Shown: piece after piece, positions 1-13,700 of the stretch | How positions within the stretch are numbered: the first letter of the stretch is position 1 | Layout of the letters: each line of letters begins with the position of its first letter | Origin: Phoronis australis | Lineage: Eukaryota > Animalia > Phoronida | Direction of reading: 5' to 3' | NCBI GenBank assembly: GCA_002633005.1 | Contig: NMRA01000028.1 | Coordinates: 210,461-274,460 of the forward strand | Length of the DNA stretch: 64,000 nt | The notes under the pieces: model-generated | Databases searched by the model: none | The model's input: only the letters and a program-made list of their open reading frames with translations | Told to the model about the DNA's origin: nothing | Made by a program: the position numbers and the translations under genes

Positions 1-504
1 AGCCCATATTTGTCACCATTAAGACTTTTTTTCACAACGCAGCCCGCTATTTCAAGTGAGATAGCACATTTTTGATAAGATTCCGTCACTTGCCGAGAAC
101 GGTTTTTGAGCATCGGCGATGCAAGCCAAATATTTCATATTGAGAAAGCGCATCTTTGAAAAGAAGAACCAACACTTGTCGGGAACGGTCTTTATGCCTT
201 GACAACGCACATTTCGTATTGGGAATGCCAGATTTTCAAAAATTAACCGCGCAGACCTGCACTTATACTTCTATCAAATGACCGAGCCAGCAATGTTGAT
301 ACTACGACCGCTCATCGAAATTACACCCACGAAATTGGGACACTAGCCGAAACCCAAGTTTGGATGTCCGCCAAATTCAGACACCACAAAAATGATGTTT
401 CGCGAGATAATCGTCCAAGAATGAATTTTTTCTATTGGAATTAATTTTCAGTGTCTGACAATCGCGTGACTTTACCGTACCTAAAGGCAGACCAAAACAA
501 TTTC

Positions 505-1637
505 AAACAAGAGCAACGCGGAGCGTTGAAATGCGCCCACAATTGCACCGCATACGGTATCCTTCTAGGGTTGTTTATTGGTACCATAAAGTGGCCAGTA
601 GAGGGCATACTTTGCAAAATGGAAAGGCATGGTCATTGTCTCCTCAATAGGCTAGGGGCAAAATGTGAGTAATCTTCATAATACAAGCACATCCTATACA
701 CCAGTTGCTTAAAGCACCACAGAAACATAGAATTAAAAACANNNNNNNNNNNNNNNNNNNNNNNNNNNNNNNNNNNNNNNNNNNNNNNNNNNNNNNNNNN
801 NNNNNNNNNNNNNNNNNNNNNNNNNNNNNNNNNNNNNNNNNNNNNNNNNNNNNNNNNNNNNNNNNNNNNNNNNNNNNNNNNNNNNNNNNNNNNNNNNNNN
901 NNNNNNNNNNNNNNNNNNNNNNNNNNNNNNNNNNNNNNNNNNNNNNNNNNNNNNNNNNNNNNNNNNNNNNNNNNNNNNNNNNNNNNNNNNNNNNNNNNNN
1001 NNNNNNNNNNNNNNNNNNNNNNNNNNNNNNNNNNNNNNNNNNNNNNNNNNNNNNNNNNNNNNNNNNNNNNNNNNNNNNNNNNNNNNNNNNNNNNNNNNNN
1101 NNNNNNNNNNNNNNNNNNNNNNNNNNNNNNNNNNNNNNNNNNNNNNNNNNNNNNNNNNNNNNNNNNNNNNNNNNNNNNNNNNNNNNNNNNNNNNNNNNNN
1201 NNNNNNNNNNNNGAAAACAGTAAAAATGGCCACTAGGTGGCGCAAACTATGTCGAATCCATCCGAAAACGGCAGGATAGCGTCATCTCACTACTAGGTGC
1301 CTACATACCAAATTTCATGAAAATCCGTTCAGGACTTTTGAAGATACAAAGGTAAGCGTAAAAAACTAAAATTGCCACTAGGGGGCACACCGGTAGTCGG
1401 ATCCGTCCGAAAGTTCGCACATGCCGTCCCATTCATGAATGGAACATATGTGCCAAATTTCATGAACGTATGTCAAAGGGTTTTGGAGATAGAGCAGCGG
1501 ACGCCGGACGCCGGACGCCGGACGGACGCCGCCCGGACGGACGGACGGACGGACGGACGGACGGACGGACGGACGGACGGACGGACAGAGATGACGGCAT
1601 AATGCGTCCACATATAAATATGTGGGCGCATAATAAT
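505..1637 (-). mobile_element. Helentron-associated non-autonomous element (DINE-1/HINE-like), spans an N gap
   Basis: Read on the minus strand: 5' hairpin/subTIR ATGCGCCCACATAT-TT-ATATGTGGACGCAT, then a (GTCC)n microsatellite (~1535-1586), internal repeats, 3' subTIR GTGGGCGCA, a short stem-loop CAACGC-TCC-GCGTTG and a TTGTTT end. This matches the DINE-1/HINE layout. Confidence 0.75.
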
Positions 1638-3027
1638 ACATGAATATTTGGCATAGCATCTTTCAGAGAGCCTGGATTTGAGAGTCATCTGACAAAACTA
1701 TACATGAGATTTGATAAAAAATGAAGGAGAATAGTGAGATACTCAGAATTTTACCGAATTTCAACCTTTATCAAAATAGACCACACACAAAACTTAACAA
1801 CAAGAGCAACGCAGAGCGTTTAAATGCGTCCACGAATGCATTCCAAATGGTGTGCTTTTAGGGTTGTTTATTTGTATCATAAAAATGGAAAATAGATGGC
1901 ACAAAAACATACAATCCATCCAACAGGAACATGCCATATTTCATAAAAATCTGCCAAGGAACTTCAGAGAAACAAAGGAAAACAGAATAAAATGAAATTG
2001 CCACTGGTGGGCACAGTGTCCGTTGAATCTGCTTGAAAGTCGTCGTCTGTTGTTACCTTCATACAAATACACTTACTAAATTTAGTAAAGATCCTGCAGT
2101 GGGTTTAAGAGATACAACTATGGGCGCAAAAAAAATACCACTAGGAGGCGCCACAGTAATCAGTCACCGTCATCAAAGGTCGTCTTCACACTGAGAACAC
2201 ATATGCCAATTTTCAAATGATTTGGTTGATACAGGGATGGACACCAAAAATAAGATTTGAAAACAGCAAAAGTGGCCACTTAAGGTGGTGCAAAATACCT
2301 CGATTCCATCCAAAAACAGGCAGATAGCATCATCACACTAATAGATGCCTATATGGAAATCTGTTGAGGACCTTTGAAGATACTGAGTTAAACACAAAAA
2401 CTAAAATTGACACTAGGGGGCACAGCAGTAGTCAGATCTGTCTGAAAGTCGTCGTCATCCGTATTCAACATCACATAAATACACTTGCTAAATTAAGTAA
2501 AGATCCTGCGAACGGTTTAGGAGATACAGCCATAGGCGCAACAAAAACAAAACTGCCACTAGGTGGCATCACAGTAGTCAAAACCATCAGAAAATCATCG
2601 TCAACTGTCCTCTGTGTAGTAAGCACATACATTATGCAAATGAAATTACTTTCGCGTAATCGCCACAGTGCCACGCTTTGTATTTGGATTAATAGCTAAT
2701 TAATAAGACCGATGATGAGACCGTTGTGTTACCAAGTCGAATCCCGGGTTCAGGGATTCAATTTCTTTCTGCGAATCTGCGGCCCACTTACCTTCCTCTC
2801 GGCACCCCGACCTTTGCTATGCCATGCGCCCGAATTGGCAAAACAATAAAGTCATCGTCGTCCGTTGTCACCTTCATATAAATATATAAATTGCTAAATT
2901 TGTTGAATGCACGACACTTTTCATTGTTCACGGTCTTTATTCCGTTGCGTTCATACTTTCTGAACAAAACTCTACTCTCTACTGAACATAGATACAGTAA
3001 CTGACCTAGCGACATAATTAAAAGACA

Positions 3028-3065
3028 CACGATATTTCGAAACATACTTGTTTCATTCTCAAGTG
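3028..3065 (-). ncRNA. Minimal type I hammerhead ribozyme motif (U3:A8 variant) in the PLE pLTR
   Basis: CAC-UUGAGAA-U-GAAACA(AGUA)UGUUUC-GAAA-UAUC-GUG: stem I, core, stem II, GAAA, palindromic AUAU stem III, AUC cleavage triplet. Confidence 0.7.
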
Positions 3066-3181
3066 AAGATAAAATGACGCAGTAATGCCACCACAGGGTA
3101 TAAGCTGACGACACACACAGTGAGACACGGCGGGTGTGAAATACTGCAAAGAATGACTAATGAATTGGGGTAACAGGAAAG

Positions 3182-3743
3182 TCACGCAAACAAGTGTAAC
3201 GTGCGGCGCGACCCTGTTTGCTGCTCATTCAAAATAGGCTTCTCAAAAGCAATTAAAAGGGACTCTAATACTTTCAAACGCAGCACATCTTGCTCCACGT
3301 AGCGAATTGACGTGTTTTCCACAATTTCTTGACGGGTGATTTTACGTGCGTGGTATTGCAGAAAATGATCTTGAATGGCGCCATTTTGAAGATGCATGGA
3401 TAACCGACGGGAAAGACTGCAAACCGTTTGACCAATGTAACATTGTTTGACGTTTGAACGAAGACATTCGTTCATAGGGCATACAAATTCATAAACAACA
3501 CTACACTGTGCAACGGGGCGGACTTTCGCTTTAGAAATGTTATTTTTCATGACCAAGTTGGAGGACTTCCTATTCCGATAATAAATAATAACATCAAGGT
3601 AATCATCAGGCTTACAAACTTTAACGTTGTCCCTTATGATTTTCTTAATAGCGTGTTCGTCCTGGAGGTAATTATTAGACATGACATTTTTGTAAAATAT
3701 CTTTTTGGTGACACCAGTCCGACGTGCAGGGACTTCATAGCTA
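3182..3743 (-). CDS. C-terminal GIY-YIG endonuclease of a Penelope-like retroelement (partial, runs into the gap)
   Basis: Translation SVVYEFVCPMNEC...CYIGQTVCSLSRRLSMHLQNGAIQDH...LKVLESLLIAFEKPILNEQ carries the PLE GIY-YIG motifs (VYxxxC, YIGxT, R..H, E...I....P..N). Confidence 0.88.
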
Positions 3744-4273
3744 NNNNNNNNNNNNNNNNNNNNNNNNNNNNNNNNNNNNNNNNNNNNNNNNNNNNNNNNN
3801 NNNNNNNNNNNNNNNNNNNNNNNNNNNNNNNNNNNNNNNNNNNNNNNNNNNNNNNNNNNNNNNNNNNNNNNNNNNNNNNNNNNNNNNNNNNNNNNNNNNN
3901 NNNNNNNNNNNNNNNNNNNNNNNNNNNNNNNNNNNNNNNNNNNNNNNNNNNNNNNNNNNNCCATTCAAGATCATTTTCTGCAATACCACGCACGTAAAAT
4001 CACCCGTCAAGAAATTGTGGAAAACACGTCAATTCGCTACGTGGAGCAAGATGTGCTGCGTTTGAAAGTATTAGAGTCCCTTTTAATTGCTTTTGAGAAG
4101 CCTATTTTGAATGAGTAGCAAACAGGGTCGCGCCGCACGTTACACTTGTTTGCGTGACTTTCCTGTTACCCCACTTCATTAGTCATTCTCTGCAGTATTT
4201 CACACCCGCCGTGTCTCACTGTGTGTGTCGTCAGCTTATACCCTGTGGTGGCATTACTGCGTCATTTTATCTT

Positions 4274-4311
4274 CACTTGAGAATGAAACAAGTATGTTTC
4301 GAAATATCGTG
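4274..4311 (+). ncRNA. Minimal hammerhead ribozyme motif (U3:A8 variant), second pLTR copy
   Basis: cacttgagaatgaaacaagtatgtttcgaaatatcgtg, identical to the inverted copy at 3028-3065. Confidence 0.7.
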
Positions 4312-7300
4312 TGTCTTTTAATTATGTCGCTAGGTCAGTTACTGTATCTATGTTCAGTAGAGAGTAGAGTTTTGATCAGAAAGTATGAACGCAACGGAAT
4401 AAAGACCGTGAACAATGAAAAGTGTTGTGCATTCAACAAATTCTGTATAACAGAAAACTTGCTCCCGAAGTAGTCATTGCTAAATTTAATAAAGATCTTG
4501 TAGAACGTTTAGGAGATACAGCCTTGGGCACAAAAACAAACAAAACTGCCACTAGGAGGCGCCACAGTAGTCCAAGTTATCGGAAAATCATCGTCAACAG
4601 TCTTCCTCATAGTAAGAACATACATGCCAATTTTCGCAATCATTTTTAAAGTGGTTTGGTTGTTAGAGGGGCAGACGCGAAAAAAAACTACTCAAAAACA
4701 GTAATAATGGCCACTACATGGTGCAAAATGCCTCGAATCATCCGAAAACAAGACGATATCGTCAACTCATTATTAATAGATGCCTATGTACTAAATTTCA
4801 CAAAAATCGATTGAAGACCTTTGAAGATACAGAGGCAAACGTAAAAAATCAAAATTGCCACCAGGGGGCACAGTGGTATTCGGGTTGGTCCGAAATTTGT
4901 CGCCCTCTGTCGTCAACCCCATAGGAACAAACTTGCCGAATTTCAATAAGATCCTGCAAGGGGTTTAGGAGATACAGCCGCGGATGCTGGACGCCCGGAC
5001 GCCAAGACAGATACGATAGCAATATGCGACCAATATGTGGGCGCATAAAAACAAAATTACCAACGCCAGGGGGTAGGGTGGGGGGGGGGCACTACAGTAT
5101 AGAGACTAGTCTTAAAACCAATGTCAGCTGTACTACTTACTCTCAATCTGGGCACATCTGCCAAATTTCATAGTGATACTTCAAGCAGTATGGTGAATAG
5201 AGAGATGGATTCCAAATATAGTCTTACAATAATAGTAATGTGGGTGCATAAAAATGGCGGCACAGAATATGTGGAATAAGTTGGATAATGGGAAGGTGTC
5301 GTCACCTTTGAACAGACATCTTGTCGCCAAATAGCATGAAAACCTGTTAGAATCCATCCCAATATTTGCTAAAGCTATCCTGGTAATCTGTGATGAAAGT
5401 TCTGTAAAATTTTCACAACCGTCTTTCCATAAAATGGTTTTAGAGATATAGCATGATGTCAGATGGAAGGACTGCGGACAGAGAAACGTTGATCAAGGCA
5501 ATAAGCATCCACATGTATAAATGGAGGCATGAAAACTATGAATTAAAACCAAATTCTACCAATTTTATCTTGAACATTAATGATAGACATGTTCACAACT
5601 TAAAATTACCTGTAAAAACCATTATCAACAATGCAAGCAGCAAGATGTTCCAAATATTTTGTAACGATGAACATAACATGAAAAATGGAAAAATTAACAT
5701 AAAAAAATTCATTACTGATTTATTAGTGAATAATAGTAAACTGATCGTGACTCAACAGGAAAAAAGTGGAGAGAAGAGAACAGATTTCCTGATCTTAAGT
5801 GCTGCCACCTATCAGAGAGCAATGAGGTCCTTCAAACACTTTTATCACTGCTGGATGCCAATGTAAACAAATTCAGGAAAAACTAGGACTCAAACCAGTT
5901 TCCTACCAATTAAATTGCATACCATTGTTACACATTTGACATGTTAAGCTACATATATCAAAACATTTCAATCTTCAAAAATAAGAACACCAATTATGTT
6001 AAAAAATTTCAATCATTACAAATATCTTTTCCGTGAGTTTCAACTCCAGTCTACACCAGTTTCCAACAACAGATGTCGCAGGATTATTAGTCTTCTTACA
6101 TACCATATGTTGGTCATCGTTAGCAAAACGTCCCGGGTTCAGGGCCCGGTTAAGACAGAGATCTTTTCAATAGGTCATGTGTATTAAGACTAAAATTCTT
6201 ACTTATACCCTATCAACACGTTGATTCATAACAGCACAATTAATTGATTTTATAATAAAGTAACTAAATCAACATTTGTTTTTGACAGAAGGCATGTTTT
6301 TATTTCACCTTAACCTGTAAGCTGTAGGAGCATTATTAAAAATGCACTTTTAGTTCCTTATTTTGTTTATAGATGGCATTACAAATCAGTTCCTTTATGA
6401 CGTGTCAACTGCTTTACATTAATAGATTTATTGGTTTCCGTAAAATTCTAATGGTCCTCGATACTAGTAACCCTTTATCAAGCATCTCAATATAAAAACA
6501 TGAGATAAACTAAGGGGACCTCAAGCTGAGTTAGATCTCAGCACAAACCCATGGCATAACTCAGAGGGCAGCCATGAGGCAAGTAGACATTCTCTTCATG
6601 CAAGATCATCAGTTTAGGTATGACAGTGACTTAAAATATCTTTTACTGAATTAGAACCTTTTGCACAAACAAAACTGTCAAGCCTAGTGGGCGAAAACTC
6701 AAAAGCATTGCATTTTACAAATAATTGGGCGCCCCCCCCCACCCCCCCCAACTTGCACACAGTAACAAGAATACTCATTACTAGCTCTGTAATGGAGTTT
6801 GTGTATTTTGCTGATTGACTGGTCATCAAAATGTGGCTAACATTCATTTCCACACAAACCTATTACTGATTCTGCCCAGCAACTCTGACCAGAGCCTTAC
6901 AATTGTTTATGACTTTCCATGCTGGGTGTGTAATGAACCACAGATAATGAAGTTCTGGAATTGTGCTCTGAAAATTACCACCAGTGACACGAGAATGCTC
7001 TGAGTACATTTTAGAAGTGAAGTAAGCTTTTGAGTAAAGGAAAATGTTAATTTTGACAATAAATTTCAGTAAACTGCTGTTGAAATTCGAAGATTGTTGC
7101 AATTCTTCACCTAGTTAGCACACACTTGTGAAATTCAATTTTCTCCAAAAAAATAAAGACCAAGAAAATATTTAGTATTATATTACAAGCATTGTTTGTA
7201 CTGCGTGGATGTCAAAGAGCAAAATGTTTCCATCAAGGTATGGGCATTAAAAACATGTCTAAACTGGTTATTTTGGCAATTAGATTTTGTGAAACAGGTG

Positions 7301-7712
7301 AAGAATGACTGTAATCTTCATATCAAACTCAGGCAAATAACACATAATTACCTTTTTCTTTGTGGGTTTATAATTCTGTATGAACTTCAATTCACAGTCC
7401 TGGCAAGGCATGGCATCTGTTCGTATTTCACCTTCGTAGAAACCACACTTGGAACACTAAAGAATGGATTGAGAACAGAATGTCCACAATAGGCACCCAG
7501 ATATGGTGTGTAAACGCATGACAAGAGTGTTTAAAGTGGTGCAGAACAAGATGAATCTAGCTGTCCCAAGCTGGAAAGTGTTTTGCATTACAGTGTTCTC
7601 CCATTGAGACCAACTTGTTTGATTGTATAGCACAACAACAAGTTGGGCGGATGACCACTGTAGCTAATATCTTAAGTCCATTCTGGCATTTATGGTTGAA
7701 GGGTCAGCTCTC

Positions 7713-10700
7713 TTACTTTGATAACTGCTCTAATCTCTGATAAGATCTATCTAACCTGACTGGGCTCTGCTGTTAAAAATAAAAGTTAATTTATAAAATG
7801 TTTGAACAAAAACCAATAACATTTCTGAATTCCTTGTCAAATGGTGATCATGTTTAGTTTTTGAATCACCAAAATCGACCAACTACAACCGAAGTTAAGA
7901 CAGTCTATTCTGACCCTGTACATACCAATGCACCCACCCGGATTTGACTGTGTTCACATGTGGTCAGTAATAAGCCTGGGAGATAATTGGCCTGCATGCT
8001 GTCATACCAGACAAAAGACTGTGCTAGGCAGTTAACAAAGGAGCTGGATGTTATCACAGGCTCACAACCACTCTATGTCTGGTAAAGTCATTGAACAGGA
8101 GACCTGCCATAATGTCTCTATAATTGCAACCTTTTAATTTGACTGTCAATTAATTTCATGAAAAATTGTCAAGGAACTGTAAGATAGGAAGTTAAATGTA
8201 ATGTACAAGAATTGCCACCAGAGGACACAATGGTAGTCACTTTTAGACGTTGTCACGGTCATAGGAAAACATTTGACAAATTTCACAAAATCCTGCCACA
8301 GATGTTAACAAAAAATTGCCTCTAGGGGACACCCTGAGTAATCAAACAGGCCTAAAAAGAATGTAAGGAATGCTAAACTTCATAATGATCCTTTGAGTGC
8401 AAGGTTTGCCTCATAGAGGGGTGGACATCAACAAACAGTCAAGAAAGCAATAAAAATAGCAACTAATTAGCACAGAATACATCAAATCTGTCTGAAAATC
8501 TACTGAAAAGCATCATCGTCTTATATCTGCCAAACTCAAGGAATTCCAAACATAAAAATATAATGGTTGGGGCACTGGAGAACTCGAATCAATCAGAAAC
8601 TCACTGTCATCCATTCTAAGATTCATTGGAACATGATCTTAGTATCAGATAAATTTCACAAAGATTCCGTAAGATACAGTCATCGACGCAAATAAAATCG
8701 GCACGAGGGGATGACGTAGTATATGGACCTTTCCAAAAATCAACATCACTCCTGGTATTTTCATCAGGAATACATCTGCCAATTGTCATTATGATCCCAG
8801 TGTTTCTCCAGTGGATGCAGAACACGTGGGTATGGGAAGTGGGATCCCCCACTCTTTGGGGGATTTCAGTGGAAGGCCTCCCCACAAATTTGAAGGAAAG
8901 GGGAAAAATGGTTAAGTTTAACAAGGAGAAAAGTTCAAAATCCGATTTTAAACTATTATTTGACATGTTTGATTTACAAACATTGGCAGTAGCTGTGTAA
9001 CCTGTGCATTGCGTATTCATTTTTACTAGCGATTTTGATGTGGCGTTGAAGTTTTCTCCGCCAGGATTAGGCATGTGGCGGTCAATTCGGGCAAGATTAA
9101 GAGTGGTGGGGGCCAAAAAGAACCATGGCAGGCTACTTAGATTCTTACACACAGGGGAAACACTGTGATCCTTTGAGTGATTTGGTGGAAAGAGTGGTGG
9201 ACGCCAAAAAAAGAAAAATAGCATACAATATAATTGACCACTAGGTAGCGCAGAATACATAAAATCTGTTCGCAAAATGGAAAGGCATAGCTCTGTGAAT
9301 TTGCATATGTGGTCCTCTGAGCAGTTTGGAGAATAAGTGGCAGACTGCAAAAAACAAACTGAAAAGTAACAAAAATGGCTACCATGTAGCCTTAAAATAT
9401 GTCAAATCCATCCCAAAATTAAACAGTGTTGTCATATTCATAACAAAAATTGTTTGCCAAATTTCATGAAAAGCTATCACGGAAGTCTGAAGATACAGAG
9501 GCAAATGTAAAAAATAGAATTACCACAAGGGGGCACTATGGTACAAGCTGTGAATAATTTGCTTACAGGGAAAACACATGTTTTTAAAGATATGCGGGAA
9601 CTTTCAGCCTTGTTCGGAGCAGCTTGCACCACGATCAAAGCGAGCGCGGCGCCAGAGTTGGACACAGTTGTGTTGACCGCATTGTGCATTGTTGAGCAAG
9701 ACCCAATTAAATGTAATTACGTGGCCATAAACTGTAGTAACACCTCTGTCTGTACATACTGGCGAATTTTCAAAATGCATAAACCAATAATTTTTGTTAA
9801 AAATGAACATTACGGCAGTGGCTGGAAAAAGCAAAATAGCATGGTTTTCAAATTTTTAAATATCAATACAAACATTGGTTAGTGAATGAAGATATGAAGA
9901 TAAACAACTGGATTTTGGGAGATACAGTACCAGATACTACACAGCAGACACAGGGATGCCCAGACAGAGATGATAGCAATATGCTAACACATGCGTTATT
10001 TGGGCGCATGAAAATTGCCACTGGGGGCACACGAGTAGTCGTATTGGTCCAAAACACATCATTGGCTCGATATGAAGACATCTAACAAATCTCATTGAGA
10101 TCCTGCAAGGGGTTTAGGAGATACAGCAGTGTACGCCAGAATGCTGGACACCCAGACCCAGATGAACGCAATATATATATAGATATGTGGGCGTACAAAA
10201 ATTAACCCACCCGCAACTGACTGCCATTCTTTTGGGCTTTCATCTTCTTTTCCAACATGTCGTCCAAGAAGGAACTCTTTCTGGATCCTGTCTCCTTTGA
10301 ACTTCCGGCTTTCATAGGCTCTTTATTAGCCTTCTTCAGACTGTGATTGAAGTTGACTTTTTTGATGTCTGAAGCTTCAGGTTTGGTAACCTTTGACCTA
10401 TGACTGCTAGATGGAGAGGGCTGAAAAGAAATATAAGCTTAAAAATATTATGATTTACAAACTTATTTACTGGAAATTCAAATTCAATTGCAAGGATCAA
10501 AACATGGCAACAAAAAACAAAAAGTGATGTCATCTTCACCAAGCCTGGTGGACGAAAACTCAAAAGCAAAGCGCACATAATAAAACTTACTAACTTTCAA
10601 AATAGACGCACCATATTGAAATTCACTAACCCGCCATACAGTAATCAGGTCTTTGGATAGTGCCACCTACAGATACCCCGTTATGCAGACGGTAGGTTTC

Positions 10701-13700
10701 AACCTACTGGTATAAAGAGTGTTTTAACACATTTCCTGGCATCATAATGCCAGCAAATTTCCACTGCTGTGCAGTGGGTTACACTAATGCCTTACAGAAA
10801 CCTTATGAAATATCAATGGATGAACAACTGAGGACATCATGTTCCATACATTTCCAATTGCACCAAAATATCCGCTACAAAGCAAGTAGCTGCGGCTGAT
10901 AAAGCAGGGAAATTTTGTTCCCACCCTGTGTCAAAAAGCTAAAATATGTTAGTGAAGATAAACTAATCAAACAATGGGAGGGACTGACAGCGGAGTGTAT
11001 TCCTTTGCTTTTACATTAATGAACCACCAAGTAGTAATTGAACTTCTGCCCAACATTAATCTGAGTCGGGATCAATCGGAAGTCTGCACTTTCATGCACT
11101 CATTTCCGTAGAGTCCACTAATAAAACTGTGTAGCTCTATATTTGAGTTTGCATATTCTGTTGACTGTGAGTCATAATACTTTGGCAATAAATCCATTCA
11201 TTTACACAGAAACCAATTAACCCTATCTGGGCTAAGCTACAATGGTTTGTGGATTTCTGATGCTGCTTGTGAAAATGAACCACTGTTAATTAGGTGTGAA
11301 AATTTTGATAGGAAAATTACAAGCAGTCACTGTGAAATGATATTCTGTTATATCACCCATTACATTCATATTTCCTTTAGTCAAGTTTATCCATCTTCCT
11401 CCCATAGAAGTTGCATCCCACACTGTGCAGTAATACGTCATTGGTGTTGGAAGGACAAATAGAGTAATGCAGCGGAACAAAACTATCAAAGAATACAACA
11501 ACAAATAACATGTGGAACTCCAATGTCATGCTCAAAGGTGCTCGAAGAATATTGCAGCATTGTCGGTAAATACAGCCAGATTTGAGTTTCGTCATCTCGA
11601 TGAATAGTCATGCTCATATGAATACACTTGCCAAAGCACATGAAAAACCTGTAAAGGGTTAAGGAGATACAGCCATAGATGCAAAAAAACAAAATGACCA
11701 CTAGGAGATGCCACAGTATTTGGACCTGTTTGAAAATCACAGTCAGCTGTCACTCTTTCAGGAGAAGCACATCTGTAAATTTTCATAATTATCCTTCAAG
11801 TGGTTTGACAGACAGAGAGCCAGATGTCACTAGGGGGTACAGATTTTGTCAAGTCCATTTGACTTGAGAATTATAAAAGTAGTCACAAGTTGACGCAGAA
11901 TACGTCGAACCTGTCCAAAAATGGAAAGGCATCGTTACCTTAGGTAGTCGGATTGGTCCAAAACTCATGCTCATCCGCCATCAGCTCCATTCATCCGATG
12001 CTGGAAGCCGGACACTCGGCACCCGAACAGAGATAACAGCAATATGTACCCATATAACTATATGTGGGCATAAAAAACCACCCGCAGATAGTAGCTGTTG
12101 GTAAATGTAAATTTTTTGTTTGTGGTTGTTGAGTTGTTTAACAGCAAAATTGCTCAAAGGCAGGTTAAATCTTATCAATATTGCGGTTTGCAAACTATAG
12201 TGTGTTTGGCTGACTGTTCAACATTCCGGTGCATACAATGACAAGAGGTGACAAGCCAATTTTTAAAGCCTGGACTCCAGCAATTATGGTCGGTTCTTTA
12301 GAAGCCCTGAAATCATTGCCAATTAGACTGACGGACAATTTGAGACCAATTTTATACTAAGTGGTCTCTGTTTGCTATATATTCAAGTTGTGCAATGGAT
12401 AACAATATGACACCACACAAAAAATCATCACAATTTCCCAACCCTTTATATTTTAAAGTACCGTAAGCACATATGAGCTCTATCAAGCCACCTTAACATT
12501 GTTACAGAAAATGGACACTTAGCTTCACAGTATATTTTCCGCATGTTGCAATGAAGCTCTTAGACATAGAAACACTGATGAGTTGTAACACAAAGGTAAG
12601 GGGCATAAAGCACTAATCGTGAACAATCATGGCAACAAATGCGACCCTGGTATTTACCTCAGAAGAAATATCAGCAGCTTTGTTTTCAGTAACTTTAGCT
12701 TTCTTTTCACTGAAAATGTAAAAGTGTAATAGTATGTTAAATAAGAGCAGGGAGTAAAAGTTTGTTTGGAACCAAACATGTTTTAAACAAAAAAACAAAT
12801 AAACTTCGTTGGTATGATCATCGATTATCAAAAATATTCAGCTGGCGTTTTTCAAAGAGGAATACATGCTCAAAATCTGTAACACTTAAAGTCCATAAGA
12901 AGTGATTATTTTCACTCCCTAAGAATATGTAGAATATTTGTAAAACCATACCAGTTAGCATTCCTTATCTTGGGCTTGGAGGGGATAACTAGTCCCCATA
13001 GTGGCTTAGAATTTTGTGAATGGTTGTAAATCATAGGTGTACTTGACACACGCTAGGCCAAATTGACTTGTAAGGTCAGTGAAAGCTGTTCTTTGTGAAC
13101 TCCTGTCATACAATAGCACCAATAGGCCTATGTAAGTAAAAACAGCTTAACGAAAGGTTTGTGGTCCCGGCTGAGGAGAGAATTGCTTTATTAACCCTTG
13201 TGGATCAGTGAATAGCCAAGCCCAGGATGATGACTACTATAGTCAATACTCTGGGATCCATATCTCAGATTTTTTATTTAATTTATATCCAAATAACAGA
13301 TATCAACTAGTCATCCAAGTACCTTTTCAAAACAGTTTCCAAAGCCTTCATTTTTAATGGCAGATATCTCTGATGTTAGAAGGAAATTTAAAAATCTGAG
13401 AAACATTTTTCTCAACGATGCATGAAAAGAATCCTAAGTTGACACCTTAAGTGGTGGAGATTGGGCAACTTGACTGGTTTGTGCACCACAGATTCTGCCA
13501 GTTTAGATCATAGACACCATGTTGTTGTGGTTAATTAAATCACTGTTGATGCTATCGTTTTAAAGACAATGAGGCCCACCATAAACACATTGGGGGCGAA
13601 AACAGTATTTTAAATTTTCGCTTTGAAAGTTTGTAAATAGCATATTTGAATAGTTCGTGAAAAGCACACATACACGTGATTAGATTTTTGAATTTTGAAA

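Larger units (their letters stand above)
2902..4475. mobile_element. Penelope-like element insertion: inverted GIY-YIG/pLTR arms with a 12-bp TSD
   Basis: ~2902-3380 is the reverse complement of ~3961-4441. ATTGCTAAATTT is duplicated at 2890-2901 and 4476-4487. The right arm has an extra ~33-nt tail. Confidence 0.85.
1796..5050 (-). mobile_element. Second HINE-like copy, interrupted by a Penelope-like insertion
   Basis: Same termini as the copy at 505-1637 (aacaagagcaacgcagagcgtt...tgcgtccac; atatgtgggcgcataaaa) and the same internal modules (ccactagg.ggc, aaatttca, gagatacag). Confidence 0.7.

Noticed and set aside
705-1245. Long ORFs across N runs (also 3634-4065)
   Set aside because: Artefacts of translating assembly gaps.
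1372-1688. Repetitive peptides (DGRT/SVRP)n, and (CV)n/(TH)n at 55849-56281
   Set aside because: Translations of (GGAC)n and (CA)n microsatellites.
5453-5866. 137-aa plus-strand ORF
   Set aside because: AT-biased low-information sequence, no domain or splice support; it lies in the likely 3' flank of the minus-strand gene.
8616-9350. 244-aa minus-strand ORF
   Set aside because: It starts inside degraded HINE sequence, has no recognisable motif and is not needed for the phase-consistent gene model.
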